From: Podarcis erhardii | Lineage: Eukaryota | Direction: 5' to 3' (one strand) | Assembly (NCBI GenBank): GCA_964252035.1 | Contig: OZ176217.1 | Length of the DNA stretch: 64,000 nt | In this document: piece after piece, positions 48,701 through 62,147 of the stretch | Numbering within the stretch: position 1 is the first letter of the stretch | How the letters are laid out: every line of letters begins with the position of its first letter | Notes under the pieces: generated by a model | Told to the model about the DNA's origin: nothing | Seen by the model: the letters and a program-made list of their open reading frames with translations, nothing else | Databases searched by the model: none | Program-made: the position numbers and the translations under genes

Positions 48701-49789
48701 TTGTGGGAAATGTATTGTTATGATTTGTTTTAATATTAAATAAATGTGTTTATTTTTTTAAAAAAAATAATCATAGAAATATTTTTTGGTTCAGATTTAA
48801 ACTGAATTTTAAAAAGAACTCAGTATTCTCAGATAAAGCCAGTATAGTTGCAAAATCATTCAAATAGATTGTAGGAAAGGAAAAACAACACCACTATTAC
48901 TAAATTCAAGTTTACAGACCCCCTGTTGGCTCTGGCCCCCTATGTGTGTTCCCTCCCTTTAGTTGGCCCTCCTTATTGCCAGAAAAGCTGGTGGAAAATC
49001 TTTTTCATTGAATAAAAGCTTCCAGCGCTGCTCCTGGAACATCCAGCTCTGTGAGGGGTGCCCTAAGAACTCTCATCACCCTTAAGAAAACCTAATTCCC
49101 AGGATTCTTTGGGGCAAGTCATGATCATTAAAGGGGCATAAGAGTGTTTCTACATACAAGGTGTGGCTATGACTACAGTCTCTCTCTCTTTCACCAGCAG
49201 CTGAGCTAGCACTCTAAGAACACACACTGGAATTCCTACAACAACAACAACAACAACAACTCCTGAGATTTAGACAGTTTGAAAAACAGAGTCAAAGCCA
49301 TCAGCCGAAACCATCCCTCCTCTGCACTGACATACATTGTGAAACCTTGATCCTTGACTTGATACCAAAAAAGAATCAGATTAAATTCAATGAGACCTTA
49401 GTGAGGCAATAAGCATTCTTAGATAGTTTCTCAACTACATTATTTATTCCACTTACCATGGACAGAACATGTTCAATGGGTACCGCTTCCGAGAAACTAA
49501 TATGCTAAAGCTTCTTTTAGAAAACCACACAGTCATAAACAAATCAAAAAAAGATGAAGGGCAAAAGACTCAGGTCTGAAGTGGAGCTATGCTGGGAAAA
49601 GAAAAAGAAGATCAAAACTTGCTGCAAGTGTTTATTCAAATCATTTTTTAAGCTGTTAGCATGGACGTGGGTTACTTCTGAGCACAACTAATTAAAGCGA
49701 GTTCCTTGATAAAACAAGAACAGAACCAGGGAGATAATGATGGCAGTTAAGGGTACGGACTGAGGGACACAGAATGTCAGAAGGAATCC

Positions 49790-49855
49790 CCTGAAGAGAA
49801 ATCTGGTTGGCAACTGTCACAACCTGAAGAGAAATCTGGTTGGCAACTGTCACAA
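49790..49855. repeat. Tandem duplication, 2 x 33 bp
   Basis: CCTGAAGAGAAATCTGGTTGGCAACTGTCACAA twice. Confidence 0.95.
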
Positions 49856-52800
49856 TCAAATTCTGGACTAGATGGTCTTTTGGCCTGAACCAAAAAGCTT
49901 TGCTCAGGTTCTTATACTCTGGCATCCTTAAAGCAGGGCTGAAGAACACATGGACCTCCAGATATTGCTCCCATAACCCATGGTCATTGGCCAAGCTGGC
50001 TGGAGCTGATGGGAGTTGCAGTCCCACAACATCAGTAGGGCCACAGATTCCCCACCCCTGCCCTAAAGCAACATCAGGGGAAAACACTCTCCAAAGCACA
50101 TGATGAGGAGCTTAGTCCCACAGCTCAAGTGAGTGGAAAGAGTGGAAATAAGACATCCTATGTCACCAGGCACTTACAATATTTTTTTTAAAAAAAATTG
50201 CTGGCCTGTTGAATAGGAAACCCTACATCTGTAAGGTTTCAACTCATCTTGCATGTCTTGTATCCAGTGGAGCAGCATATGGATACTGGAGCTGAAGTTT
50301 AAGGTTTATGGTCAGATGGAAACTCCAGTTAAAAGCGATTGGTTAGATGCTAATGGTTCCACTGACACATCTCCTAAAAAATGTAGGCGGGAGGAGGAAG
50401 GGAATGGATAGTCAAAACTAGATCAATGCCAGGCACACTTGGATGGCTATCTTCTGGAAACAATGAGAGCCCAATAAAAGCCAGCTGGACAGTTTATAAG
50501 GAATCCTCAAATCCCCTAACAGGAATCGAGTTTAGCTTAAACAAGTATCAATTTCCAAGCAATAATTCTCCAATTAGATAAATACATGGAAAATAGGCCT
50601 ATAAGCACCTAGTAGCCATAGTAGCCAAGTGAAACACCCCCGTGGTCAAGGTTGTATGATATACCTCCAACTACAACATACCAGCGAGAGAAACTGCAAG
50701 GTGATTGTGTCATTTGCCCCACAATCGTTTTCCAGTACAATAATTTGAAAATTGATCAGTCTTGTCATCAATATTCTTCTTGCCCTGAGCTCCAGTAGCA
50801 ACATTTGCAGACTTTGCAATAATATGTGCTAGCTTGTCCAGGAAGGAGAATGGATTAATACTCAGTCCTTAGATGAGCTATTTGTGGTTTTCACTATAGG
50901 ATTGTAGGCAGTGCTTTTTTTCTAGAGGTACCAGAACTTAGCATGAGCATCTCTCTTGTTCTCTTATAATGGCACTCACCTGAGGTTTTGGAACTGAGTT
51001 CCAACGAGTTCCAGCTGAAAAAAGCCCTGCTTATATGTCATCTGAGGGATGGTCTCAACAGGAAAGGCTTGCCTTATCAGTTAAAAAAAAAAAAAAAAAT
51101 CAGCTGTGGCCTTCGTGTCTTTAACTCTCTCTCTACCTCACTCCACAAAGTTTTTCTGCTGTCTGAAAAGATCCTAATTTCCTTTTGCTGACAGCAACCT
51201 TCCCCCTGTACCTGTGCGAATCTCCCAAATTTAAATTCTCTTCTCAGCCTGTTGCTCCACAATGTTCTCCAGAAGGTTTCATATTTCAGATCCTCAGAGA
51301 GGCATTCCGTTTAAAAACAAAAAACCTTTCACTCCAGGTTTCTTTTCGTATAATTGATTTAAGAAGGAAGTGTCAGTTTCTAATTTGGGTTATTTGTAGG
51401 ATCATCAGCTTCCAGTCAGCTTGACTTCCACCCCCGCCCCACACTGCCCCAAAGTAACTCTAGTCATTAAATTTACGGAATAAATGGAGCTTGTCTGTGC
51501 AATTTGCAAACCCATTCCAGCCATGAAAGTTAGCCTCTGTACTGCCCCTCCTGCTTTGTTAGCATTCATTTTATATCTTTTCAGAGAAAAAGCTAGATTT
51601 ACTGTGGCATCATGAAGAAAACTGACCCTGGTCTGACTTCAGTGTTTACTTGGAGGCCTGCCACCTGTGATTTGGGTGGTTATTCCAAATTAATATGTCA
51701 ACGTCAGCTGTCATCCTCTCTCCAAATTCTGGTTATGTTGTGTGCCTCTCCCTTCCCTGCCCATTCTTTTGCTCCCAGTTTCCCTTCCTTGGCTTCTTTT
51801 CTTCTCTGGATTCCTTCCTTCAGTTCTTCTTTCCCCCTTCCAATCATCCTTTCCTACACCCCTGTGCTTCTCTTGTCCTGATGCTTCTTGAGGACCTTTC
51901 CTCCATCTTATTGCTCATCTGCCTGCTTAGCTCCTTTATCCAGGCAATGGCAACCGTGGCCACTGGCATGTTTTGGTCATAGTCGGGGACCTGGGCAAGG
52001 AAATCCTCTCCCAGGAGCTCCACAATCACTGCAACAAAATCCTTTATGGACGATTGCCATGTAGGTTGTGAAAATATCTAAATGAGGTCTGGCACTTCTA
52101 GACGAAACGTGTGTGCAATCCTATTGTTGCCATGCAAATATTTGCATGCAATTAACCAGCCACTGCCTGGTCCTCCTCTTCCATTGATTTCAGTGTGGTG
52201 CTTGTGCAGGGGCTGCCTGCAAGACCCATTGTAAACAAACAGAGTTTGCCCTTCAGCTGCGCCTGGCAGATTGTTCCAGTTGTTTCTCTCTTTCCTTCTC
52301 CCCCCCCCCCCCCCCGCCTTACTCCATTTGGTCATTTCAGCAGCAGCTGCAAACATTAGCTGAGGTCAACAGTTAAGTACAGCATGCAATATTTTACATG
52401 ACTTGCTCTTATAAATAACTGAAGAATTCACTCCCTCTGTCTAATACTCAGTGGAGCAGGGACAAAGAGAGAAAATCCACCAAAGAAGCCATAACATGGT
52501 ATAACAATGCTTTGAAAATCCATTTGGAGAGAGTTCTAGTGGACTTTTCCTTCCTTTCTCAAAAGCGTTGCTATCACTCAAGAGTATTGGGCAGCGGCCC
52601 AGAGATTACCAAAGAGACACCAGCTTGTTCCAATCAAAAACACACACAAGTGGCGCAAAAGACAATCTCATACCTCTTGCACACTCTCGGGTTGGCTGGC
52701 GATCAAATGCTGTAATTAGGAGCTTTTTAGGTGCGAGGCTGTTGCCAACAGAGCGACACCCTCAACGCAAATGGCAATTCTGACGCTGTAGGTGCACGCA

Positions 52801-53124
52801 GCCCGAAGTATGTGTATTGTTGACTACTCCCACAAACGATACTCACAAGCCTGATAAAATTCAATCGCCTTGGCAAAAAGACAAAAAAGGGGGGGAGGGG
52901 GACACTTGGTCATGTGCCAAAGATAAACTGGCTCTCGTGTATTGAAATTATTCGGTTCACTGGGGGAGGGGGATGGAATCTAGGATACACACCCAAAATA
53001 TATTTATCAGGGCCAAGCTGGATGTGTCAAAGGAGATACATGACTGTATCTCCGTCTCTTTAACTTTTTAGTGGCATGCAGTAGAGGGTGGTCCATTAGG
53101 GCAAATGGGGCAGCATCCCATTTG

Positions 53125-54058
53125 GATGGGATTTTCCGTTTTTCGAGGCGCTTCGCAAGACGAATTTCCCTATGGGCTTGCTTCGCAAGAAGAAAGCCCA
53201 TAGGGAAATCTCCGGGGACCTCTTTTAAATGCTGGCGGTGGGGAGCAAAGCCTTTTCCCTCCCCTCCGGCCTTCAGAAGAGGTCCAGGAAGGCCGGCGGG
53301 GGCCGAAAGGCTTTGCTCCCCACCGCCAGCATTTTAAAAGCGGTCCGGGATAGCAGGGAAGCGCTTCCCGCTATCCCGGACGGCTTTTGAAGGCAGGCGG
53401 GGGGGAGCAAAGACTTCCGCCCCCCGCCGGCCTTCAGAAGAGGTCCTGGACCTCTTCTGAAGGCTGGCGGGGGGCGAAAGTCTTTGCTCCCCCCCACCTG
53501 CCTTCCCGGGGGCTTTAAAATCGCCCCGGGACAGCGGAGAAGTCCGCTGTCCGGGGCAATCTTAAAATGCTGGCGGGCGGCAGCGAAGCCGCGGGCAGCA
53601 TTTTAAAAAACCCCGGGACAGCGGAGGACTTCTCCGCTGTCCGGGCGATCTTAAAATGCTGGCGGGCGGCAGCGAAGCCGCGGGCAGCATTTTAAAAAAC
53701 CCCGGGACAGCGGAGGACTTCTCCGCTGTCCGGGGCGATCTTAATATTCTGGTGGGCGGCAGCGCTGCCGCCCGCCAGCATTTTAAAAACCCCCGGGACA
53801 GCGGAGAAGTCCTCTGCTGTCCCGGGGTTTTTTAAAATGCTGGGGGTGGGAAGAAAAGCCCTTGTCCCCCCCCCCCCAGCCTTCAGAAGAGGTCGGGGGA
53901 CAGACTGTCCCCGGACCTGGTCTGAAGGCGGTTTCCATAGGAACGCATTAATTGATTTTCAATGCATTCCTATGGGAAACCGTGCTTCGCAAGACGAAAA
54001 ACTTGCAAGACGAAAAAACTTGCGGAACGAATTAATTTCGTCTTGCGAGGCACCACTG
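53125..54058. mobile_element. GC/CpG-rich Tigger-like non-autonomous element, left end missing, with an internal array of hairpins
   Basis: Right terminus TTCGTCTTGCGAGGCACCACTG-TA. Internal ~87-91-bp repeats (53524-53830) and mirrored CTTCAGAAGAGGTC motifs. Left boundary approximate. Confidence 0.75.
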
Positions 54059-54060
54059 TA

Positions 54061-54428
54061 TGTCCTTTGTCAACAACAGATTGTTGCTGTTTTTTGTGTT
54101 GAATATATGCTATGTGGTAGTTTATGGACCTAATAGGTATCTAAAGCCATTTGAACATGCAGAATGTAGACACCCTATATATAGAAATGAGCAAACCAGT
54201 GATATTTTAGGGAGCAGGCTAGCAGGCAAGGCCCATTACTTACACCATAGGAGCCTACACAACACAAAACACTGTTGCTGTAGGTAGGTTTTATTTTATT
54301 TGCTTTTTATCTTATATTTTGGAAATGTACATCCAGGTTTTTTTCCTTTAAACTTTTTTGCCCCCCCCCCAAGAGAGTGGGGCCCTAAGCTGTAGCTTGT
54401 TTATCTTATACATAAATCCGGCACTGGC
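54061..54428. mobile_element. hAT-like non-autonomous element fragment (other end)
   Basis: Homologous to 27665-27900 (TGTCCTTTGTCAACAAC..GGGAGCAGGCTAGCAGGC); ends TAAATCCGGCACTG. Confidence 0.6.
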
Positions 54429-55234
54429 CCTAGGCCACAGCCTCCCCCTCCCCACTGCTGCAATGTGTTCTATAATGCTTCTTTTGAATACAGATGCTTC
54501 TGAAACAGCACAGTGTGTAGGTGCATAGCATTGGGAGGGGCAGTGGTGCAGTAGCCCCAGGCACATGATTTTGAGGAGACGCTAGGGATCCTCACCCTGC
54601 CTGCCACTGGGGGTCTCTGGGCCCTGGAGCCCAGCCCAGCCTTGCAGCTGCGGCCCCAACTCCCTTGTTGAATGGCCCCCTGGCCAGCATTGGGGGTGGA
54701 TGCACCCACCAAGGGCTGTGTTGGCTGGCTGGGCTCCTCCCTGCAAGGGCAGGCAGACAGGAAGCACAGCACAGTCCTGTGAATCCTCTATGCCCTGTGC
54801 CCAACTGGCAATGATGAGATTTTGGCTGGCATGGCAGGTTTCGTTCATCCTCCCTACCACATTTCCAGCATTATATCTTCATTATCAATCTGTTTTAGAC
54901 AGTGTCTTCCTGTAAAAAAAGCATATACCCGAAATGTGTCACAATGTTCCGAGGCAAGTTCTACCACACCTCCAGAAAACATGGGATTGTGGAAGTCTGT
55001 TGAAATATGCCTCATGGCATGGTTGGTCACCTGGGGCAACCAATTCTATGAATAACAATTCTATGCATATGCAGAGGGCAGGGCAACTTCCCGAACCCTC
55101 TGCATTCAATCTGATCTCTAGGTTTCGGAATTCCAAATTGTCTTGCTTTCAAGGTGGAAACTGACTCACTAAGAATTCTCTGTTGCTCTGTTTTATATTT
55201 CCTAGTTTTCTAGAGAGAGCTGTGCAGGTGCACT

Positions 55235-55534
55235 CAGGGCCGTCTTACCCATAGGCGTTAGTGATGCAGGGCAACTGGGCACCGGGCTCTCAGGGGCGCC
55301 AGGCTGAGAATCCAGGGCCCTAGAGTTGGAGTCCGGGGAAGAGCCCACCCATCGGTCAGAGCACCGTGGTGGGTTCTTCTACTGTGGCGTGAGTTCAGGG
55401 GCAACCAAGCCAGTGAGACACTGAGGCAGCCGGCCAGTTCTGCCCTCCTGCATGCCTGGGACTGGGCAACCTGGGGGGGGGGGGCGCCAGGTGAATCTTT
55501 GCACCTTGGTGCTGCATATGCTTAGACAGCCCTG
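55235..55534. mobile_element. hAT non-autonomous element, 300 bp
   Basis: TIRs CAGGGCCGTCTTA / TTAGACAGCCCTG; perfect 8-bp TSD GGTGCACT (55227-55234, 55535-55542). Confidence 0.88.
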
Positions 55535-55938
55535 GGTGCACTGCTTAGTTCATACATGCATTTTCCTCATAGCTTTACATGTGTGCACAGATAAAACAAT
55601 GGGGACAATCTGAATGGGATTGTATGTGTGACTGCATCGACACATTCTTTTGTACACTGTTTTACCATTTTGAAGAATTGCATGTGTGGATCAATGAAAT
55701 GCTTGCACACAAAAAAGAATCTTGCTGGTATTCCACATTCCGTCTTCGGAGGTTACAGTGTTTCAACAGGTTATAAGACAGGGACATTGGTCACATAAAT
55801 GGAAGCAGCAGGGAATGAAACAGAAGAGCCAATTCAGATGATTTCATGCTTCAATTCTGCAATTATTTGAGCAATTAATTTCCTTGTGAAAATGAGAATT
55901 CGGTAGGCAAGGAACATAGGACAGGCAAGAGGGCATAC

Positions 55939-56079
55939 CAAACTTGTCATAGTGTAAACAGGCTTCCTATACAACGTAGATGCACCATATGTGTAAGGTC
56001 TATGTGCTTTGTCCTCAACACAGACCACCGAGGTACACAAAAAACGTAAATCCCTCAAGGTTTGCTTGAAGTCATTTGC
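55939..56079 (-). CDS. Candidate exon (141 nt, phase 0->0)
   Basis: Acceptor CTGCTTTGTTTACAG, donor GTATGC; one open frame ANDFKQTLRDLRFLCTSVVCVEDKAHRPYTYGASTLYRKPVYTMTSL. Confidence 0.22.
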
Positions 56080-57744
56080 CTGTAAACAAAGCAGTGTTAG
56101 CTGCAGCAACACAGTTAACTTGTAAACTATATTTTGAGAAGAGAGGGATGAATGAGTTATTATCATTTAAACCAGGGGTCACCAACCTTTCGGGACATGT
56201 GGGCATATTCACAATCTGTAGAAACTGCTGTGGGCACCATACACAAAAACACACAGCCTTCCCCGCTGTATCCTCCCTGAAACCTTCTCTCTCACATACA
56301 CTGTAATGGGGCTTCAAATAAGCTGTCCATTTACTGTAGCAGAAGGCTACAGGAACAGGGAAAGAGGAACAGGGAAATGGCCTTTGTATATGTGCCCACA
56401 TATGGCAATGCATGGTTTAAGCAAGGGAAAGGGCTGATATGTTAATAGCTTACTCTGCAAAGATCAAGACTTTTCTTTGAAAGTCAATGACTTTGCCTTA
56501 CAAATAACAGCAAACAAAGTTATGAAGAAGTAGGGAAGGGAAGAAATTCGATTCAGTTTGCATTTAAAGGCAAATCTACCCAAGTCACGCTTTCTAAAAC
56601 AATACATAGACCGAAACACAGTCATCATCCGAAATTCGCTCTTCTCTAAATTTCACAATGAAGTTCTTCAGCCAAGTAATATGCATATTCTAGGGCAAAG
56701 TGTTCATATTGTGCATATTCTCAAGCAAAGTGAAAATATTGTTGGGGGGGGGAATGTGTTATATTTGGGGAAAGTGCTCGGCAAAACTGTATGCAAAAAT
56801 GAGTATATGAGGAGAAATTTGCACTAAAACGCCAGTGAATTTTCATGATGCTCTTAAAAATAAATCACAAACTGTTGTGAAAATGTGGAGAACTTGAGAT
56901 TGGAAAAAATGAGAAACCGGAAGAAGATGAAAAATATTCCTTCCATACCTGGTGGGACAAGTTTAATACTCTTTAGTTGCATTCATGTGTAGTGTTTTAC
57001 AACATTCCACACAATCTTAGGGCCAAGTCCCATGCCAACCAGTGTTAGCTCATTCATGCTGCTTTTTCCAACACCTGTTGAATTTCTCTACTCTGGCCTG
57101 TTGCTACAAGCATAAGAACAGGGCTGGGAAATAGGTGGCAACCTCATCTTCCATTAAGAAGAGTAATCCTTTATTATTTTTAGCAAGGCACCAATGTATG
57201 AGAAGTATGCCCAGATTCTTGGGAGTTCTTGGCAGCTCTTAGCTATTGGGATGATGGATAAGTCTTAGATGCTGCAAGAGCGTTTTACTTACTCAACTGG
57301 TTCACCCTGCTGGAAAAGGATTTCTTCACTTTCTAGAAATAGCCAAAGCCTGCCCTTTTGTTGTGTAATAATAATTAACCAGTAAAATGGATCTGCAGCA
57401 AACCCTGACTCATTCAGCTAACTACACCGGAAGAACTCTCCCTCAAATGAAATGTGGCTTTGCACGCTTCACCGAAAGACCCACTTTGTAAAAGGTGACT
57501 GGTGGCAGATAGAGATGACAACAAACAAATGATGGGGTAGTCACTCTAAAATGTAACTTGCTAACCAGGTCTGGCTCCAGAGGGTGGCAAGGTTGTGAAT
57601 CTGCAACGACCCAAGGCCAGCAGAAGATTTGTTACCCCAACAATGGTACTGTTCCCATGTTGCTGTAAATATTCAAGGAGATCAGATACAGCCTCAGAAA
57701 AGTCTCAGTTTGCATGTCCCATCTCTTCCAGTTTAGGAGATCCC

Positions 57745-57965
57745 ACTGAGGTTACCGTGCCCGAAGGCTCCCCAAATCCTGCACTGTATCTAACAATGCG
57801 GAGAAGTGGTCATTAAAGAATAATAATCAAGCTACTGGCTAAGCTGAATTAACAACTGAGGTTACTGTGCCCGAAGGCTCCCTAAATCCTGCACTGTATC
57901 TAACAATGTGGAGAAGTGGTCATTAAAGAATAATAATCAAGCTACTGGCTAAGCTGAATTAACAA
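57745..57965. repeat. Local tandem duplication, 2 x 110 bp
   Basis: ACTGAGGTTAC(C/T)GTGCCCGAAGG..AAGCTGAATTAACA at 57745 and 57855; three C/T differences. Confidence 0.95.
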
Positions 57966-60936
57966 CAAACAACTGTGTAAGCAAGGGCACCAACTTGCCC
58001 CTGCAATTGAGGGGGCCAGGGCTGCACGACATCAGCATGGAACATGTGCGTGGCATGGGGCATGCTCAAAGGGTGTCAGTACGCCCTGGGAGCATGCTTG
58101 TGCCATATGTACACACCGCATGGTATGCTAACATTACACGCACATGTCCCACGGCTTGCACACAGGACGCAAACACACTTTGTGGCATGTGTGCACAGCT
58201 GCCTGGGAATTTAGAGGGGGGCCGGAACATTCCTTGATTTTTGGGGGGGTGGACTGCCCCCCGATGATGCATCTTGTGGAAGACTGATGAGGTCACAAGT
58301 AAAACAAAGATGCAGTGCATCTTTCAGTCGGTGCCAAATTTCAAGAGTGCCTAATGCAAGCTGTGCTTGCAAATGAAGGATCAGGAGCACACTCTATGGC
58401 TCCTCTTCGTTTCTTTACACATGGGGCTAAGCGGCAGTGTGCCCGACGTCACATGATGTCAAGTGAGAGACAAGTGGGCATGGCCTAGGCAAAATGGCCA
58501 GACTAGGCCCATGGGATGGAGGTAGCCATGCTTTGCAAAATGACTGAGCACCACAGAAGATAACTTCTTTGAACCCTTTGAAGTAGCCCACAATGTGCTT
58601 TGAATGTGTATGTCCATGTGATCCAATGTGTATGTCCAAAGGCATGTTCAAATATGACTCAGAGACTATATGGCTTAGAGAATATTAATTTGCTGCTGGG
58701 AAAGAATCTTGGTGTTTTGCCTAAAAGAAAGCTGAAGTGCATACAATTTCATCCCCACACGCCCAAGGTTAAGATTTTCCAGAACTCAGGTGAAAGCCAG
58801 AAGATTTTTTGCCAGATTGTCAGAAATATGCAGGTAATTAAATCGCTGGATTATTACATGGGAAGAAGAAGGAGAAATGTTGGATTGTAGCCTAATCATG
58901 AACCTAAGCAGGTTTACTCAGATGTTAAGTTCTAATATGCTCAGTGGGGGTTACTGCCACATCAAAACGCACAGGATTCCAGCCTCTGTTATAAGCCATG
59001 TGTTATGTAACATTTTGAACTGCAAAATACTCCCTCGCAAGGATGCAGTGGGAAACCTCACAGCACTAAGGGCGTTTTCATTTAACATGAGAAGCTAAAC
59101 CCTTTCACCATCCAAGATGAAAGTAAGTAGGTGGAAGATGTGAGTGAAAACAAAACAAAACGCAAGCCTTGCAGAAGTATGGAACATCTTGGAAAGCAAA
59201 ACTCAAAGGGGGTAGGGCACCCTGAAAGTGGCCCACTGAGGACTGAGCATGCTCAATAGGCATGGAATGCTGGCCTGTCTGTTGGGAGACGAAATGGAAT
59301 GTGTTCTTAGAATCATAGAAGAGTTGGAAGGGACCCCAAATCTAGTCCAACCCCCTGCGATGCCATGCTGTTCCAAAATAACAGCACTTTACATTGAGAC
59401 TATTTTCACGAAGGGCCGTTAAGAAATATTTTAAACAAATTCGTCCCTCTTTTAAAAAAATTGTGAAAATGCTATAAGTGGCTACTTTCCCCCTTCTTTG
59501 TTCCATCTGATTTCCTCAGTAACCACACACCTTGCCTTAAAACTAGAGCATTGCAAGTCCCTGGAGAGGCATTCTCACAGCAGATGCCACAGTTTCACTG
59601 TCGCTGGTGTGAAGAGGTTTGTGGTGTCTGCTTGGGAAAATGTGCGTGTCGAACAACCAACTGTGCAAGAAAGGTTGCCAAATGGCATTGCTACCTTTAT
59701 CCACACAGGGAACAGCAAATATCCTCCTAAGGTAGTCTAAACGTGGCCTTTGTACTGCGTCTCAGAACACAAAGGTCACATGGGATTTACTTATTTCAAT
59801 GATATGTCAAACTAATCTGGTTGACTGTAGCTAATGCTTTTTTTAATATTTAGTCAACCCTTGTTCTGTTTGAGCGTTGGCAAAAGGCAATTTCCCTGTG
59901 ACAGAGGTGAGACCAAGAGGAGAGAGAAGGTGGATGTAACAACCAAAATGTTATAGGGAACTGGTCGCTCGCCAAAAATGTGTCAACTCTGCAAGCCTGA
60001 AGGGAAATTGCTTTCAGTTCTTGGCTGCCATGTTGCAGCCCACTGAACTTTTGGCGAGGTCTTACAGACAGGCATTCCTATGGAGCGGGAACTGGGGCAT
60101 AATTCAGTCAGGGATGTGAAGCAGTGACAAGTGTGGCCCAGGAAGCATTCTGGGAGCCAGATAAAAACCCCTGGAGGGCCAATTTTTCCTCATGGGCCTA
60201 AGGTTCCCCACTCCTGTTATAAAGCTCATTGGAGTCATGTATTATATAAGTTGGCAGTGGCGACATTTGCCAAGCCTGCCGTATGTCAAATCCAAAGTAC
60301 AAGATTTAGTGATACTCCAGTGTGTGTACATAAGTACAGAAACAGCACCCTGGGACCTGGTGTGCTTGCCACTAGGAACTGAGCCAATAAGCAGGCAGCA
60401 TATGAGCGTGGGAGAAGTAGGCAAAAGCAAAGAGTTGCCTTAGTGCCACAAGCCAGGCATACATCCCCTTGGGTTCCACACCTGGTGTACAACCAATTAC
60501 GTGGCACAATTTGACCACACTATTAAACAAGTTGTTACTGGGCGGAGGAGTGCAAAACTTCAAATCAGCTTTGAAAGAGGCACAATTGATTACAGCTCAA
60601 CAAATTTATGGGAATGTAATGAAGGGATTTAAATGGGTAATTTGACTAAAGGGTTGCTAAAAAATTCTTTTTAAAATAAGGATGCAGCGAAAGGGAGGTA
60701 TGGGGAAGTCGATTGAAAGAAGTTACAGGAAAATAAGATTATGAAATTATATATGTTTAAATGTTTTGTATGTTTTTGTCTTGTGTTTTGTTTGTTCTTA
60801 TTATGTGTTTGAAAAATGAATAAAAATTATTTAAAAAAAAAATGAAAGAGGCACAATTGAAGCAGGGGTTGCCATTTTTATTTTGCTCTGATCCTGTACT
60901 TTGCCTTATGTATTACACAATAATTTATTAACCTAT

Positions 60937-61239
60937 CCATTCTTAAGGAAATCAGCCCTGAGTGCTCACTGGAAGGACAGATCGTGAAGCTGAGGCTCCA
61001 ATACTTTGGCCACCTCATGAGAAAAGAAGACTCCCTGGAAAAGACCCTGATGTTGGGAAAGATGGAGGGCACAAGGAGAAGGGGACGGCAGAGGATGAGA
61101 TGGTTGGATGATGTTCTCAAAGCTACGAACATGAGTTTTACCAAACTGCGGGAGGCAGTGGAAGACAGGAGTGCCTGGTGTGCTCTGGTCCATGGAGTCA
61201 GGAAGAGTCGGACACGACTAAACGACTAAACAACAACAA
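60937..61239 (+). mobile_element. RTE-BovB LINE 3' end with (CAA)n tail
   Basis: KLRLQYFGHLMRKEDSLEKTLMLGKMEGTRRRGRQRMRWLD..WCALVHGVRKSRTRLND. Confidence 0.92.
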
Positions 61240-61257
61240 ATTTATTACACAATAAAC

Positions 61258-61322
61258 TATTTCTATTTCTATTTCTATTATTTCTATTTCTATTTCTATT
61301 TCTATTTCTATTATTTCTATTC
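61258..61322. repeat. (TTTCTA)n microsatellite next to the BovB tail
   Basis: Read directly. Confidence 0.9.
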
Positions 61323-62147
61323 TCTAACATTTCTCCAATGAAAATAATGATTTCCATTATTATTATTATTATTACCCACCCATCCGACTCAGTTGCCCCA
61401 GGCACTCTGGACACCTTTCAACATATATAAAAACATAATAAAACATTTAACATCCCCAAATTCCCATATACAGGGCCACCTTCTGATGGCTCACGGGTCA
61501 GATAACTCCATACCCTCCAGCATTTCTCCAATGCAAATAGGGATGTTCTAAGGAAAAGCGGGGCATTCCGGGATCAAATCAGAAACCAGGACAGCTTCTG
61601 TAAATCTGGGACAGTCCCTGGAAAATGGGGACACTTGGAGGGTCTGCAATTGCTTTCTGGTGGCACTCTCAAGGCTTTGGGGCAGATGTCTAGGCTCCAA
61701 ATGATCCCAAGGGGCTGGGTTACTGCATTTTGAAGGAAACTAATATATATTGCCATGTAAATTTTAGATTCTAAAGAGGTCCCCACCATGAGATATTTAG
61801 CAGAGCAATCCACTACTGCTCACGTGACAGGCTGAGCGTAGGTCTCTTGGATTGGATGGAAGTGTCCTTCATCCAGTTCTCCTGGCGAAACCAGCTGGCC
61901 GTTGCCAAATGTATGATGTAAGCCTCATTCCATCATCCCGTCAGCTCCAGTGTTGGAAGTGTTGGTGTGCACCTCAAATCTGCTCAGGATTATTGTGGGG
62001 AAAACTCAGAACAGTCTTGGAGAGGAGAGAAGGAGGGAGAGGAAGTTCCACTGCACAGGCAGATGTCCTTGTACTTAACAGGACAGTAGCATGTACAATT
62101 GTGGAGGCACATCAAGGGGGTTAAAGGTGGGTTTTAAGGAGGGGTAG

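Noticed and set aside
55939-56079. TLYRKP resembling the PLE RT motif TTLYRKPT
   Set aside because: Flanking FLD and YLH..S.HP motifs are absent; too short to call a third PLE.
58600-58890. 96-aa ORF containing FHPHT, reminiscent of the PLE linker
   Set aside because: No downstream CPCG/YVG motif; treated as chance.
59500-59740. Minus-strand TNLFTPATVKLWHLL..SSFKA resembling a LINE RT C-terminal end; Cys-rich plus frame
   Set aside because: Too degenerate to assign a clade or boundaries.
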